Source: a virus. From it: a stretch of 64,000 nt of DNA. The notes beneath the pieces were generated by a model that searched no databases, was not told the DNA's origin, and saw only the letters and a list, made by a program, of their open reading frames with translations. Of this stretch, positions 1-9,834 are shown one piece after another. The DNA lies in IMG/VR virus record IMGVR_UViG_3300023184_000038, positions 32,001 through 96,000 of that record; one strand, given 5' to 3'. Position 1 is the stretch's first letter. Every line of letters starts with the position of its first letter. The position numbers and the translations under genes were made by a program.

Positions 1-3000
1 TCTCTAGGAGATATATCTAATGTTCAAATTGACGGCGGTGCAATTGGATATATTATGGAAACCGATGGTGCCGGTAATTTAGCCTGGACACCAAAAGGAA
101 CATTATACACTGCTATAACTAATTTTTACCCAACTACATTTACTGGATCAATAGCAGAGACTACAATTAATGCCGGCTCATTTGTAATAGGGAGAACTTA
201 TCAAATTAAAACTGTCGGCACTACTAACTTTGTGACGATCGGTGCTTCAGCAAGTACAGTAGATGTAGTATTTACAGCAACAGGGGTTGGGGATCCCACT
301 ACGACAGGAACTGCCTACTCAACCACGTTAACTGTTACCGCAGTCAGTTCAGGTTATATAGGAGTAAATAGTGCTATTCAAACTAGCGGGATGACTATAA
401 CTTCCGGTACATATGTTGTTTCTCAAATTACAGGTACTGTTGGACTAGTAGGTACATATTATCTAAACAAACATCATACACTTTCATCTACTACTATATA
501 CGGTCCACTATTAATGCAAGTTGCAAATACGGTGCCGTATACTAATGGAACTGAAATTTCTATTTCAGGTGTACAGGGAGTTTCTAATGCTACTGTTAAT
601 GGGTTAACATTTTATCTTTCAATTACGGCTAATTATGCTTCGTCTGGTAATGTTGCCCTATACACTGATTTTGCAAGAATTCTGCCAACTAACGGCACTG
701 CTGTAACTTATACAAATGCTCCAAATGCAATTGCAACTGCTCAAATAGGAAGCGGAAGCGGAGGGGCCGGAGCAATTGGCGGTTCTAATGGCATGGTGCA
801 ATTTAATAGTTCAGGTATCTTTAATGGAGATTCTGGATTTACTTTTAATTTAACTGCTCCCAAAACATTAACAGTAGACGGCAATTTTAATATTAGTAAT
901 GTGCAAGCATCCAATACTATTTCGGCTACACAATTTATTTCTAATATAGCAATTGGAACTCCACCCCTAGTAATTACGTCTACCACACTCGTTCCTAATT
1001 TATATGTTGCAAGAGCAAATGTAAGTGATAATGATGTCGTTACAACACAAACTACTGGAACGTTTTTTCCTACATTTGTTAATTCTTCTAGTACTGGTAA
1101 TTTAGCAATGGGAAGTAATGCTAACTTGTCATTTAATGCTGCAACTGGAAATCTATCTACTACTTTATTAAATGTTACAAGTAATGCTAACGTTGGTAAC
1201 TTAGGCACTGCTGGATTGATTGTTGCAACAGGTAATATAACCGGCGGGAATTTAATCACTGCTGGATTTGCTAATATAGGTACAACTTTATCTGTAACAG
1301 GTAACGCTAATGTTGGTAACTTAGGCACTGCTGGGCGTATAGTTGCAACAGGTAATATAACCGGGGGTAATTTAATCACTGCTGGATTTGCTAATGTTGG
1401 TGCTAATGCGAATATAGGTACTACTTTATCTGTAACAGGTAATGCTAATGTTGGTAATCTTGGTACTGCTGGATTGATTGTTGCAACTGGAAATATAACT
1501 GGTGGAAATTTAATCACTGCTGGATTTGCTAATGTTGGCACTACTTTATCTGTAACAGGTAATGCTAATGTTGGTAACTTAGGCACAGCTGGTGTTATCA
1601 TTGCTACTGGAAACATAACCGGTGGGAATTTAATCACTGCCGGATTTGCTAATGTTGGTACTACTTTGTCTGTAACAGGTAATGCTAATGTTGGTAATCT
1701 TGGTACTGCTGGTGTTATCATTGCAACAGGAAACATAACCGGTGGAAATTTAATTACTGCCGGGTTTGCTAATATAGGCACTACTTTATCTGTAGTTGGT
1801 AATGCTAATGTTGGTAATCTTGGTACTGCCGGGGTAATTGTTGCTACAGGTAACATAACCGGTGGAAATTTAATCACTGCTGGATTTGCCAACGTTGGCA
1901 CTACTTTGTCTGTAACAGGTAACGCTAATGTTGGTAACTTAGGCACTGCCGGATTGATTGTTGCTACTGGAAATATAACCGGGGGTAATTTAATTACTGC
2001 TGGATTGATTGTTGCAACAGGTAATATAACCGGCGGGAATTTAATCACTGCTGGATTTGCTAATGTTGGCACTACTTTATCCGTGGTTGGTAATGCTAAT
2101 GTTGGTAACTTGGGTACTGCTGGATTGATTGTTGTAACAGGTAATATAACCGGCGGGAATTTAATCACTGCTGGATTTGCTAATGTAGGCACTACTTTAT
2201 CCGTGGTTGGTAATGCTAATGTTGGTAACTTAGGTACAGCTGGATTGATTGTTGCAACTGGAAATATAACCGGCGGAAATTTAATCACTGCTGGATTTGC
2301 TAACGTTGGCACTACTTTATCTGTAACAGGTAATGCTGATGTTGGTAACTTAGGCACTGCGGGATTGGTTGTTGCAACTGGTAACATAACCGGTGGAAAT
2401 TTAATCACTGCTGGATTTGCTAACGTTGGCACTACTTTATCTGTAACAGGTAACGCTAATGTAGGTAATTTAGGAACTGCGGGATTGATTGTTGCTACCG
2501 GAAACATAACCGGTGGAAATTTAATCACTGCTGGATTTGCTAATGTTGGCACTACTTTATCTGTAACAGGTAACGCTAATGTTGGTAACTTAGGCACTGC
2601 GGGATTGATTGTTGCTACCGGAAACATAACCGGTGGAAATTTAATCACTGCTGGATTTGCTAACGTTGGCACTACTTTATCTGTGACAGGTAATGCTAAT
2701 GTTAATAATCTTGGTACAAATACGGCCATAATCACTACAGGTAATATCTCTACAATCAATAGTGGATTAATGCAAAATGGTAATAGCAATATAACTCTTA
2801 CTGCTAATAGTAATGTTACTATATATGTCGCTGGTAATGCTAATGCTAGACTAACTGCCACATCAACTGGAATAGTTGCAAATGGTACTTTGTCGGTGTC
2901 AGGGAATATATCTGCTCCGTTTTTTAATGGCAATGTTCAAGGTAATATTTCGGGAAACTTTGCGGTAGCAGGTAGTAATACAGCGGTAATATTTAATTAT

Positions 3001-4683
3001 TCAGGAAATGCTAATGCTAGTGATGCTTTTAAATTTGATTATGCAGCAAATGTATTAACAGTAATAGGTAATATAGTTAGCAGCGGGGCTGGTAACGTTT
3101 TTTCTGGTAATGGTAGTGCATTAACTGCATTAAATGCTACTAATGTTTCTTCTGGTACTTTGGCTCAAGCAAGACTGGCTAATGCCAATGTAATATTAGG
3201 TAGTACCGCATTAACCTTGGGATCAACTGTTGTAAATGTTGCCGGATTAACTAGTGTTACTAGCACCACATTTACTAGTGATGTAGCAGTAGGTACTGCT
3301 CCGTTTATAGTAACAAGTACAACCCAAGTAGCAAACTTGAATGTAGCAACGGCGGGCTTAGCTACTTACGCATCTACAGCAAACGCAGTTGCCGGTGGTA
3401 ATGTATCCGGCGCGGTATCATACGCAACAACAGCAAACGCAGTTGCTGGTGCTAATGTATCCGGCACTGTCGCTAATGCAACTTTTGCTGTTAGTTCCGG
3501 AACTGCTGCGACTGTAACAGCCGCAGCACAACCAAATATCACTTCAACCGGTAATTTGAATAATGTAACTGTTATTAATAATGCAATTGGATATAATATT
3601 CAATTACCGGGTATTGTTGGAAGTGCTGCCACATATAGTAAACTAAAATCACTATCATCACGTGGCACATTAGCTGTACCAACACAGATACAGTCAGGCG
3701 ATATAGTATTAATTATAGCTGCTGAATCATATACAGGTTCAGCATTTACTGGTACCGGCACAATTCAAATTACAACCACTGACAATATTACCTCTGCAAA
3801 TAGGGGGTCTAAAATTGAATTTATTGGTATTCGATCAGGTAATGCTATTGGATATATAGCATCGTGGGATGGTGCTACATTACAAGTTGACGGCAACGTT
3901 GCCGCAAATGGAGTTTTTTCAGGTAACGGTAGTTCATTAACTGCACTAAATGCTAGTAATGTTTCTTCGGGTACTTTGCCTCAACCAAGACTTGCTAATG
4001 CCAATGTAATATTAGGTAACACAACATTAACTTTAGGTTCAACTGTTACTACAGTTGCCGGACTTACTAGTGTTACTAGTAACTCATTCGTAGGTACATT
4101 AACCGGCGCAGCAACCACAGCAGGTACTGTCACAGCTGCGGCACAAACAAATATCACAAGTGTAAGTTCATCATTTACTAGTCTTACATTTGCTAATGCA
4201 CAAACAATTAGTGGCAACAACATGACACTTACTGCTGGATCAAATGTACTACTTGGAACAATTACAGGTAACTGGTCATTAAGTGCCGGCTCAAGACTTA
4301 ATGCAACATATGCTGACTTAGCAGAATACTATGAAGCAGATGCTGTGTATGAGCCAGGAACTGTATTAGAGTTTGGCGGAGATAAAGAAGTTACTATTGC
4401 TGAAGATGGCACTATAAAAGTTGCAGGTGTAGTATCAACTAATCCTGCATACATAATGAATTCACTTTGCTTGGGAACGCATACTGTTGCAATTGCATTA
4501 CAGGGTCGTGTGCCAACTAAAGTTCGTGGAAAAATAAGTAAAGGTGATATGTTAATAAGTGGAGGAAATGGATTTGCTAGACCAACAAAAACATCTCCTA
4601 TGATGGGAACAGTTATCGGCAAAGCATTAGAAAACTTTGATGACGGTGAAGGTGTCATTGAAGTGGCAATCAGTAGAATGTAA
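1..4683 (+). CDS. Long tail fibre / virion fibre protein with internal 40-aa repeats and a C-terminal intramolecular-chaperone (peptidase G2/S74-like) domain; 5'-truncated
   Basis: The frame is open from base 1 (first ATG at 55). G/N/T/A-rich beta-repeat composition. The C-terminus ADLAEYYEAD..YEPGTVLEFGG..GVVST.PAY.MN..IALQGRVP.KV.G...GD.L..IGKALE is typical of phage fibre chaperone domains. Confidence 0.8.
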   Translation, partial: SLGDISNVQIDGGAIGYIMETDGAGNLAWTPKGTLYTAITNFYPTTFTGSIAETTINAGSFVIGRTYQIKTVGTTNFVTIGASASTVDVVFTATGVGDPTTTGTAYSTTLTVTAVSSGYIGVNSAIQTSGMTITSGTYVVSQITGTVGLVGTYYLNKHHTLSSTTIYGPLLMQVANTVPYTNGTEISISGVQGVSNATVNGLTFYLSITANYASSGNVALYTDFARILPTNGTAVTYTNAPNAIATAQIGSGSGGAGAIGGSNGMVQFNSSGIFNGDSGFTFNLTAPKTLTVDGNFNISNVQASNTISATQFISNIAIGTPPLVITSTTLVPNLYVARANVSDNDVVTTQTTGTFFPTFVNSSSTGNLAMGSNANLSFNAATGNLSTTLLNVTSNANVGNLGTAGLIVATGNITGGNLITAGFANIGTTLSVTGNANVGNLGTAGRIVATGNITGGNLITAGFANVGANANIGTTLSVTGNANVGNLGTAGLIVATGNITGGNLITAGFANVGTTLSVTGNANVGNLGTAGVIIATGNITGGNLITAGFANVGTTLSVTGNANVGNLGTAGVIIATGNITGGNLITAGFANIGTTLSVVGNANVGNLGTAGVIVATGNITGGNLITAGFANVGTTLSVTGNANVGNLGTAGLIVATGNITGGNLITAGLIVATGNITGGNLITAGFANVGTTLSVVGNANVGNLGTAGLIVVTGNITGGNLITAGFANVGTTLSVVGNANVGNLGTAGLIVATGNITGGNLITAGFANVGTTLSVTGNADVGNLGTAGLVVATGNITGGNLITAGFANVGTTLSVTGNANVGNLGTAGLIVATGNITGGNLITAGFANVGTTLSVTGNANVGNLGTAGLIVATGNITGGNLITAGFANVGTTLSVTGNANVNNLGTNTAIITTGNISTINSGLMQNGNSNITLTANSNVTIYVAGNANARLTATSTGIVANGTLSVSGNISAPFFNGNVQGNISGNFAVAGSNTAVIFNYSGNANASDAFKFDYAANVLTVIGNIVSSGAGNVFSGNGSALTALNATNVSSGTLAQARLANANVILGSTALTLGSTVVNVAGLTSVTSTTFTSDVAVGTAPFIVTSTTQVANLNVATAGLATYASTANAVAGGNVSGAVSYATTANAVAGANVSGTVANATFAVSSGTAATVTAAAQPNITSTGNLNNVTVINNAIGYNIQLPGIVGSAATYSKLKSLSSRGTLAVPTQIQSGDIVLIIAAESYTGSAFTGTGTIQITTTDNITSANRGSKIEFIGIRSGNAIGYIASWDGATLQVDGNVAANGVFSGNGSSLTALNASNVSSGTLPQPRLANANVILGNTTLTLGSTVTTVAGLTSVTSNSFVGTLTGAATTAGTVTAAAQTNITSVSSSFTSLTFANAQTISGNNMTLTAGSNVLLGTITGNWSLSAGSRLNATYADLAEYYEADAVYEPGTVLEFGGDKEVTIAEDGTIKVAGVVSTNPAYIMNSLCLGTHTVAIALQGRVPTKVRGKISKGDMLISGGNGFARPTKTSPMMGTVIGKALENFDDGEGVIEVAISRM
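1186..2720 (+). repeat. Tandem ~120-bp (40-aa) coding repeat, about 12-13 copies: ANVGNLGTAGLIVATGNITGGNLITAGFANVGTTLSVTGN
   Basis: Lines starting at 2041, 2161, 2281, 2401, 2521 and 2641 all begin ttaatcactgctggatttgc, giving a period of 120. Confidence 0.95.
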
Positions 4684-4708
4684 TAAATATAATAATAGGA
4701 ATAATAAA

Positions 4709-5263
4709 ATGGCATCATACGCATACACAGCAAATAGCGCAACAGCAGCAGCATCAGCAAATATTGCAACAGATAAAGCAAGAATCAGTACCTCTAATGT
4801 AGCAATACAATTTACTACTAGTTTTCCCAATGTAGCAGTAACCGGTACAGTAACCGCAGCAACCACTAGTGCTACTATTACAGGCTCTGGCACAACATTT
4901 AATACTCAATTAGGTGTTGGCTATTGGGTAGGAAACACAACTGGGGCTACAGTAGGTATTGTTTCTGCAATTGCAAACAATACTAGTTTAACTTTGGTTG
5001 CAAATGCTGCTGTGGCAATTTCTGCTGCCAGTCTTAGATACAATCCATATGGTGTAGCATATACTATTGCAACTGCTAATAGTACTCAAATTCCACAAGG
5101 CACGTCAGTTGATGTTATAGTTGGGCAAGGTAATATAGTATCTTATTTAAGTTTAGCAAGTGCAAATACTTTATTTACCATTACTGAACTTGGTATGCCA
5201 CATGCAAACTCGGGTACTAGCGGAATTAATCCTACTCCTGCCCTTGGCGGGCCAACCGTATAA
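4709..5263 (+). CDS. Putative virion structural protein (A/T-rich beta protein)
   Basis: ORF; ATG 4709 follows AGGA and a TAAATA late-promoter-like box; lies in the fibre-gene neighbourhood. Confidence 0.6.
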   Translation: MASYAYTANSATAAASANIATDKARISTSNVAIQFTTSFPNVAVTGTVTAATTSATITGSGTTFNTQLGVGYWVGNTTGATVGIVSAIANNTSLTLVANAAVAISAASLRYNPYGVAYTIATANSTQIPQGTSVDVIVGQGNIVSYLSLASANTLFTITELGMPHANSGTSGINPTPALGGPTV

Positions 5264-5274
5264 CCTCATAAATT
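5251..5274 (+). repeat. 24-bp direct repeat, copy 1 (gccaaccgtataacctcataaatt)
   Basis: Matches 6340-6363 with 1 mismatch; the two copies flank the beta-propeller gene. Confidence 0.9.
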
Positions 5275-5359
5275 AACTATTACAGTATTAAAAAACACTG
5301 CGGTATTTAACTGCGGTGTTGATATAAAATGTTAAATATCACATAACAAGGATTATACT

Positions 5360-6286
5360 ATGCCGGGTGGAATTACATTAAACGGTGGGGTTTCTTTTTC
5401 AGGTGGATTTACTTTTACAGAGGCACCCTCAGAAAACACAGCGGCTTGGTTTGGCGGTGGCTACAATGTTAGTAATGTCACTGTTTCAACAGTAGACCGA
5501 ATAACATTTGCAACCGATACCGCAACCGCTACTACACGTGGTCCACTTAGTTCAGTAAGGAAATCCTTGGCTGCTGCAGGTAATACAACTGATGGCTGGT
5601 TTGGCGGCTCATATGGAGGTGGATCAAGAGTAGACCGAATTACATATGCAACTGATACCGATACCGCTTCAGTGCGTGGTCCACTTAGCCAAGGTAGATA
5701 TATGTTGGCTGCTGCAGCTAATACGACTGATGGCTGGTTTGGTGGTGGGCAAGGACCCCAGTCATCAGTACAACGAATCATATTTGCAACTGATACTGCA
5801 ACCGCTTCGTTACGTGGCCCACTTAGTCAGGCTAGATATATGTTGACTGCGGCAGGTAATAGTGATTATGGCTGGTTTGGTGGCGGGGCAACGCCGGGCG
5901 ACAGTTCAAGAGTAGACCGAATCACATATGCAACCGATACCGATACCGCTAGTGTTCGTGGTCCCCTAAGTGTGGCTAGATATCGTCTAGCTGCGGCAGG
6001 TAATACTACTGATGGCTGGTTTGCAGCTGGAATTGGCATGTCAACTGTAGACCGAATAACATATGCAACCGATACTGCAACAGCCAGTGTACGTGGTCCA
6101 CTTAGTGCAGGAAAACAGTATTTAGCTGCTGCAGGTAATTCTACTAATGGCTGGTTTGGCGGTAGTTATCCCCCAAATTCAACCGTAGACCGAATAACAT
6201 ATGCAACCGATACTAATACCGCTTCAGTTCGTGGTCCACTTAGTGGCCCAAGAAACCAGATGGGCGCCGCCGGCGGTATACAATAA
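5360..6286 (+). CDS. Six-bladed beta-propeller (Kelch-like) repeat protein, probably virion-associated
   Basis: Six ~47-aa repeats GWFGGG..S.VDRITYATDT.TASVRGPLS..R..LAAAGN. Confidence 0.75.
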   Translation: MPGGITLNGGVSFSGGFTFTEAPSENTAAWFGGGYNVSNVTVSTVDRITFATDTATATTRGPLSSVRKSLAAAGNTTDGWFGGSYGGGSRVDRITYATDTDTASVRGPLSQGRYMLAAAANTTDGWFGGGQGPQSSVQRIIFATDTATASLRGPLSQARYMLTAAGNSDYGWFGGGATPGDSSRVDRITYATDTDTASVRGPLSVARYRLAAAGNTTDGWFAAGIGMSTVDRITYATDTATASVRGPLSAGKQYLAAAGNSTNGWFGGSYPPNSTVDRITYATDTNTASVRGPLSGPRNQMGAAGGIQ

Positions 6287-6339
6287 TAACTATAACATAA
6301 CATGCAGTGGTAAATTTACCAGACGGTAGCCTGTATTGA

Positions 6340-6363
6340 GCCAACCGTATAACCCCATAAATT
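6340..6363 (+). repeat. 24-bp direct repeat, copy 2 (gccaaccgtataaccccataaatt)
   Basis: Matches 5251-5274. Confidence 0.9.
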
Positions 6364-6372
6364 TTAGTAATT

Positions 6373-6441
6373 GATAAATAGTTAATACATTCTCATACTG
6401 AGAATTTATGCTGTAACCCACAGCGTAGGCCTAGAACGCCT
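6373..6441 (+). promoter_or_regulatory. Late promoter GATAAATA followed by a three-hairpin structured 5' leader
   Basis: GATAAATA at 6373-6380; stems attctc/gagaat, tatgctgt/acagcgta and aggc/gcct. Confidence 0.55.
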
Positions 6442-6462
6442 TATAAACATAAAGGAAAAAAA

Positions 6463-7680
6463 ATGGGACGCCCTCTAAAAATAGCAAAAGCACAAGCAGT
6501 ATTAACATTAACTGACACCGTGGCGGCAACTGATGTAATAACAGTTTCTGGAAGTTTAACAACAGCCGGAGTAATTGCCGGTATGCCTTTTATACCAGCA
6601 ACTACTGTAGGTGGTTTAACAGGCGGTACTACTTATTATGTACTAACTGTATTATCAGCAACCACATTTACCGCATCGGCTACTGAATTAAGTGCTAACA
6701 CTTCACAAACAGTAGTACCATTATCTGATACAACAGCACAAACCGTTAAATTAACAGTTGGTTTAGTTGACTCAGGATTTAATAATCCACTTGGAGCTTC
6801 ATATGGCGTTGTGGGCGGAAATACAAATCTATACGGAAAACAAATTTTATGTAATGTTGCAATAGGTCAATCTGGTACAGGCACTATCTATACTTCCAAT
6901 GCAGATTCTAATATCTACGGTGTTGGAACAGATTTTGCAAACACCCTAGCTTCAGGGTCTGCTATTCAAGTATTGACTGCAAATGTCAATGGCTCAACTA
7001 ATGCTACTACTATTGGATTTACTAATAGTACAGGTGGATATGTAACTGTAACAACTGCTAACGTAAAAGCAACTGGCGACTTTATTAGAACAAGTGCAGG
7101 AAACTGTTCTAATCTAGTATCTGGAGCACCAATTGTATTTTCTGCAAGTGTGGGTCCGTTAGTTGCCGGTACAGTATATTTTGCTAAAACATTAACTAAT
7201 GCTACTGCGTTTACAGTATCTACTACATCAGGTGGTGCAAATATTGATATTTCAGCAGACGCAGCCTTTATTGGTAGTGGCACACAAGATATTGCTACCA
7301 TGGTAAGTGTTACCGCTGATTATGCAAATGTGTCTTATGTATTTTCTACTGCTGAGCCAGGATATATCACTCGTCAAAAGGGTAAAACAAAATATCTTGT
7401 GACAGGAAATACCACATCAATAACAAATGCATGTTACACTGCAAATGTGGCAAATGCTGCATTAACTGCTAATACATTTAATATATTATCTACAAATGCG
7501 GCCTCTGGAACAAAATTCGTTCAATCCGTAAATGATTATCAATCTATTGTATTTGGTGTTGATATGGCTGCTAATGGTCTTGCTACCGGAAATCCTGGCA
7601 TTATTGGCACATTTAATACAGCATATGCGGCTAATACAGAAATAGGTGATAAGCCAGTTGTAGTAATCAGTAACACCTAA
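6463..7680 (+). CDS. Virion structural protein (MGRPLK N-terminus; two internal 'G.L..GT.Y' beta domains)
   Basis: ORF with AAGGA SD; T/A/G-rich; late-promoter context. Confidence 0.6.
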   Translation: MGRPLKIAKAQAVLTLTDTVAATDVITVSGSLTTAGVIAGMPFIPATTVGGLTGGTTYYVLTVLSATTFTASATELSANTSQTVVPLSDTTAQTVKLTVGLVDSGFNNPLGASYGVVGGNTNLYGKQILCNVAIGQSGTGTIYTSNADSNIYGVGTDFANTLASGSAIQVLTANVNGSTNATTIGFTNSTGGYVTVTTANVKATGDFIRTSAGNCSNLVSGAPIVFSASVGPLVAGTVYFAKTLTNATAFTVSTTSGGANIDISADAAFIGSGTQDIATMVSVTADYANVSYVFSTAEPGYITRQKGKTKYLVTGNTTSITNACYTANVANAALTANTFNILSTNAASGTKFVQSVNDYQSIVFGVDMAANGLATGNPGIIGTFNTAYAANTEIGDKPVVVISNT

Positions 7681-7690
7681 TAGGTAAATT

Positions 7691-7993
7691 ATGGCTGCTG
7701 CACAATTAAATACCACTGAAAAAGATGTTGCTGTATTACAAACAGAAATTAAGTATATCAATGACAGCATTGATGAACTTAAAATCAGCGTAAAAGAAGT
7801 ACATGATTGTATACATAAAAATTCAGTAGAAACTCATCTTATGCTAAAAGAACTGCATGAGGCTGGAGATAGGGCTCATCTAGCCCTATCTTCTAAAATT
7901 TCCAGTTTAGAAAAATGGCGATGGACAATGATGGGAGCGGGTCTGGTAGTAGGGTCTTTAGGATTTGATGCGATAGCAAAACTACTAAAATAA
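7691..7993 (+). CDS. Coiled-coil protein with C-terminal transmembrane helix (XhlA/holin-like)
   Basis: Heptad pattern followed by LEKWRWTMMGAGLVVGSLGF. Confidence 0.55.
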   Translation: MAAAQLNTTEKDVAVLQTEIKYINDSIDELKISVKEVHDCIHKNSVETHLMLKELHEAGDRAHLALSSKISSLEKWRWTMMGAGLVVGSLGFDAIAKLLK

Positions 7994-8021
7994 AAAAAGA
8001 GAGACTTAGGTCTCTTTTTTT
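7992..8021. terminator. Bidirectional rho-independent terminator
   Basis: aaaaaaagagagac-ttag-gtctcttttttt between convergent genes. Confidence 0.8.
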
Positions 8022-8422
8022 GTTAATGCCATTAATTTAGATTGTACTACATCAAAGTTTACTGTACTGAATAATCCCGGATGAAGTGGCTTTGGATATT
8101 GATTATCACCCACCCAAGCATATCCACAATGTTCATCATTTAATAACGGGACAAATTCTTCAACAACTTCGCAAAAAAATGTATGATATATAAATGTTTT
8201 ATTAACAAATTTTTGTATAGGGATTAATTTTGCAGCCTTAGGAAAAAATCCAATTTCTTCAAGACATTCTCTTTCAATGCCTTGCAGCAAAGTTTCATGT
8301 TTTTCTATTCTACCTCCGGGTATTCCCCAATTGCCCGGATTCCTAGAATCGGTTCGTAATAAATATAGATGACGATTTGTTTTATTGCTATAAAAAAACA
8401 CTCCGGCTGAAGTATTGCTCAT
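8006..8422 (-). CDS. NUDIX hydrolase
   Basis: Nudix box WGIPGGRIEKHETLLQGIERECLEEIG; probable ATG at 8422. Confidence 0.9.
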   Translation of the reverse strand: MSNTSAGVFFYSNKTNRHLYLLRTDSRNPGNWGIPGGRIEKHETLLQGIERECLEEIGFFPKAAKLIPIQKFVNKTFIYHTFFCEVVEEFVPLLNDEHCGYAWVGDNQYPKPLHPGLFSTVNFDVVQSKLMALTKKET

Positions 8423-8454
8423 ACTATAATTTATCAATAGTATTCGCTTACTAA

Positions 8455-9831
8455 TTAAATAACTATAGAATAGTCACCCTGGTCGTACCAGCCTTCAAAA
8501 CTTTTCATCCAAACAGTATCATCAACATTATAACGATATTGTACATTAGTTGTAAGATTGGTTACATATTGCACTGTGGTGGCAGCACTACTATCAAATG
8601 ATACTGTCCATAAATTAGTTGAAGAGGAATATTGAATTATATCATTTGCATTGGCAATTAAATTACCCCATGCTACTGTCGTGTTATTTGCATGTCCAAT
8701 ATTTTCTACAATCAAATATCTTCTACCATTAATTGCGCCCGGTAAACCTGAATTTGGTCCGGTTAATAACGGATTAATTACACTATCAACTGGATTTAAT
8801 GTATTTTGTGGCAAGGTATCAGTATCAATATTATAAATTAATAGTCTATCATCTACTGGATCAGGTACAATTGTCCCGATAATTTCAGTATCCATATATG
8901 GATTTTGTAACCAAATTTGACTTATACCCGGGCGTATAGTACCATATACATTTAATAAACTTGACCAATATAATGATGTATTGGGATTTGGAGGTAAGTC
9001 TAAATCAATATTACTAGGATAAAAATCTTGATTAGCCGGTAATAATTGTAAAGAATTTCCAATTAATAATAATTTATATCCATATGGTGTTATTTTTTGT
9101 CTAGTTCCTAATAATAAGTCATCATCTTGTATATCACTAAGAGCATTACCTTTAAAAATAGATGCAATTATTTTTTCAACTACTCCTAGTTTTTTCAATT
9201 TAGAAGCAGTGCTTATCCAAATTGGTATATAAAATTTCCAACTCAATACATCAATGGGATTTCCTGAACCTTGGGGAATACTGCGACTACTAAAAGTTAA
9301 TCCATCTTGATATACTACACTTAAACTGGTCCAATCAATAAAATTGTCAGTACTTTGAATTTCTAATGAGGGATTAAACAAAGTACCCAATTGCTCTATT
9401 AATTCTAATTTTTGATTGTAATTTGTAGTCCACATATCTACTGTAATACGTAAAGTATACGGCACTGGCATTAATCTTTCAACAGTAAATGCTTGTCCTT
9501 GCGTTTGTTCATATGCCAATGTTTCACTATTGTATGTTCTTTGTCTAACATTAATTCTATCTACAAATGTAGGATCCTGTGTTCTTCGTTGATCATATTC
9601 TAATCCTGTAATATAATATGTAATTAACGGAGCACTTGGTAAATTACTAGCACTATTGTTAGCAATAATAGTAGCAGCTTGCCGACTACTATCACCATAC
9701 ATAACCGGTACTCGTACTAATATTGGATGTCCGGCAGGGTCTTTACCTTTAGTAACTTGCCAATTTGAAAATATTTTAGCAAATTGAATTAAAAATCTGC
9801 GTATCTGATTATCAGAAAAGTATTGTGCCAT
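8455..9831 (-). CDS. gp15: Tail sheath stabiliser / tail terminator (T4 gp15-like) with C-terminal extension
   Basis: YF...QIRRFLIQFAKIFSN, VPVMYG and MPVPY.L...VD.WT.N..QKLELIEQ motifs; adjacent to the gp14-like gene. Confidence 0.75.
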   Translation of the reverse strand: MAQYFSDNQIRRFLIQFAKIFSNWQVTKGKDPAGHPILVRVPVMYGDSSRQAATIIANNSASNLPSAPLITYYITGLEYDQRRTQDPTFVDRINVRQRTYNSETLAYEQTQGQAFTVERLMPVPYTLRITVDMWTTNYNQKLELIEQLGTLFNPSLEIQSTDNFIDWTSLSVVYQDGLTFSSRSIPQGSGNPIDVLSWKFYIPIWISTASKLKKLGVVEKIIASIFKGNALSDIQDDDLLLGTRQKITPYGYKLLLIGNSLQLLPANQDFYPSNIDLDLPPNPNTSLYWSSLLNVYGTIRPGISQIWLQNPYMDTEIIGTIVPDPVDDRLLIYNIDTDTLPQNTLNPVDSVINPLLTGPNSGLPGAINGRRYLIVENIGHANNTTVAWGNLIANANDIIQYSSSTNLWTVSFDSSAATTVQYVTNLTTNVQYRYNVDDTVWMKSFEGWYDQGDYSIVI

Positions 9832-9834
9832 AAA

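Noticed and set aside
1186-2720. 120-bp repeats as CRISPR or a DGR template/variable pair
   Set aside because: Contiguous coding tandem repeats with mostly synonymous variation; no unique spacers, no adenine-specific pattern and no reverse transcriptase.
741-2933. 730-aa minus-strand ORF
   Set aside because: Antisense shadow of the repetitive tail fibre; it stays open because of the repeat's codon pattern.
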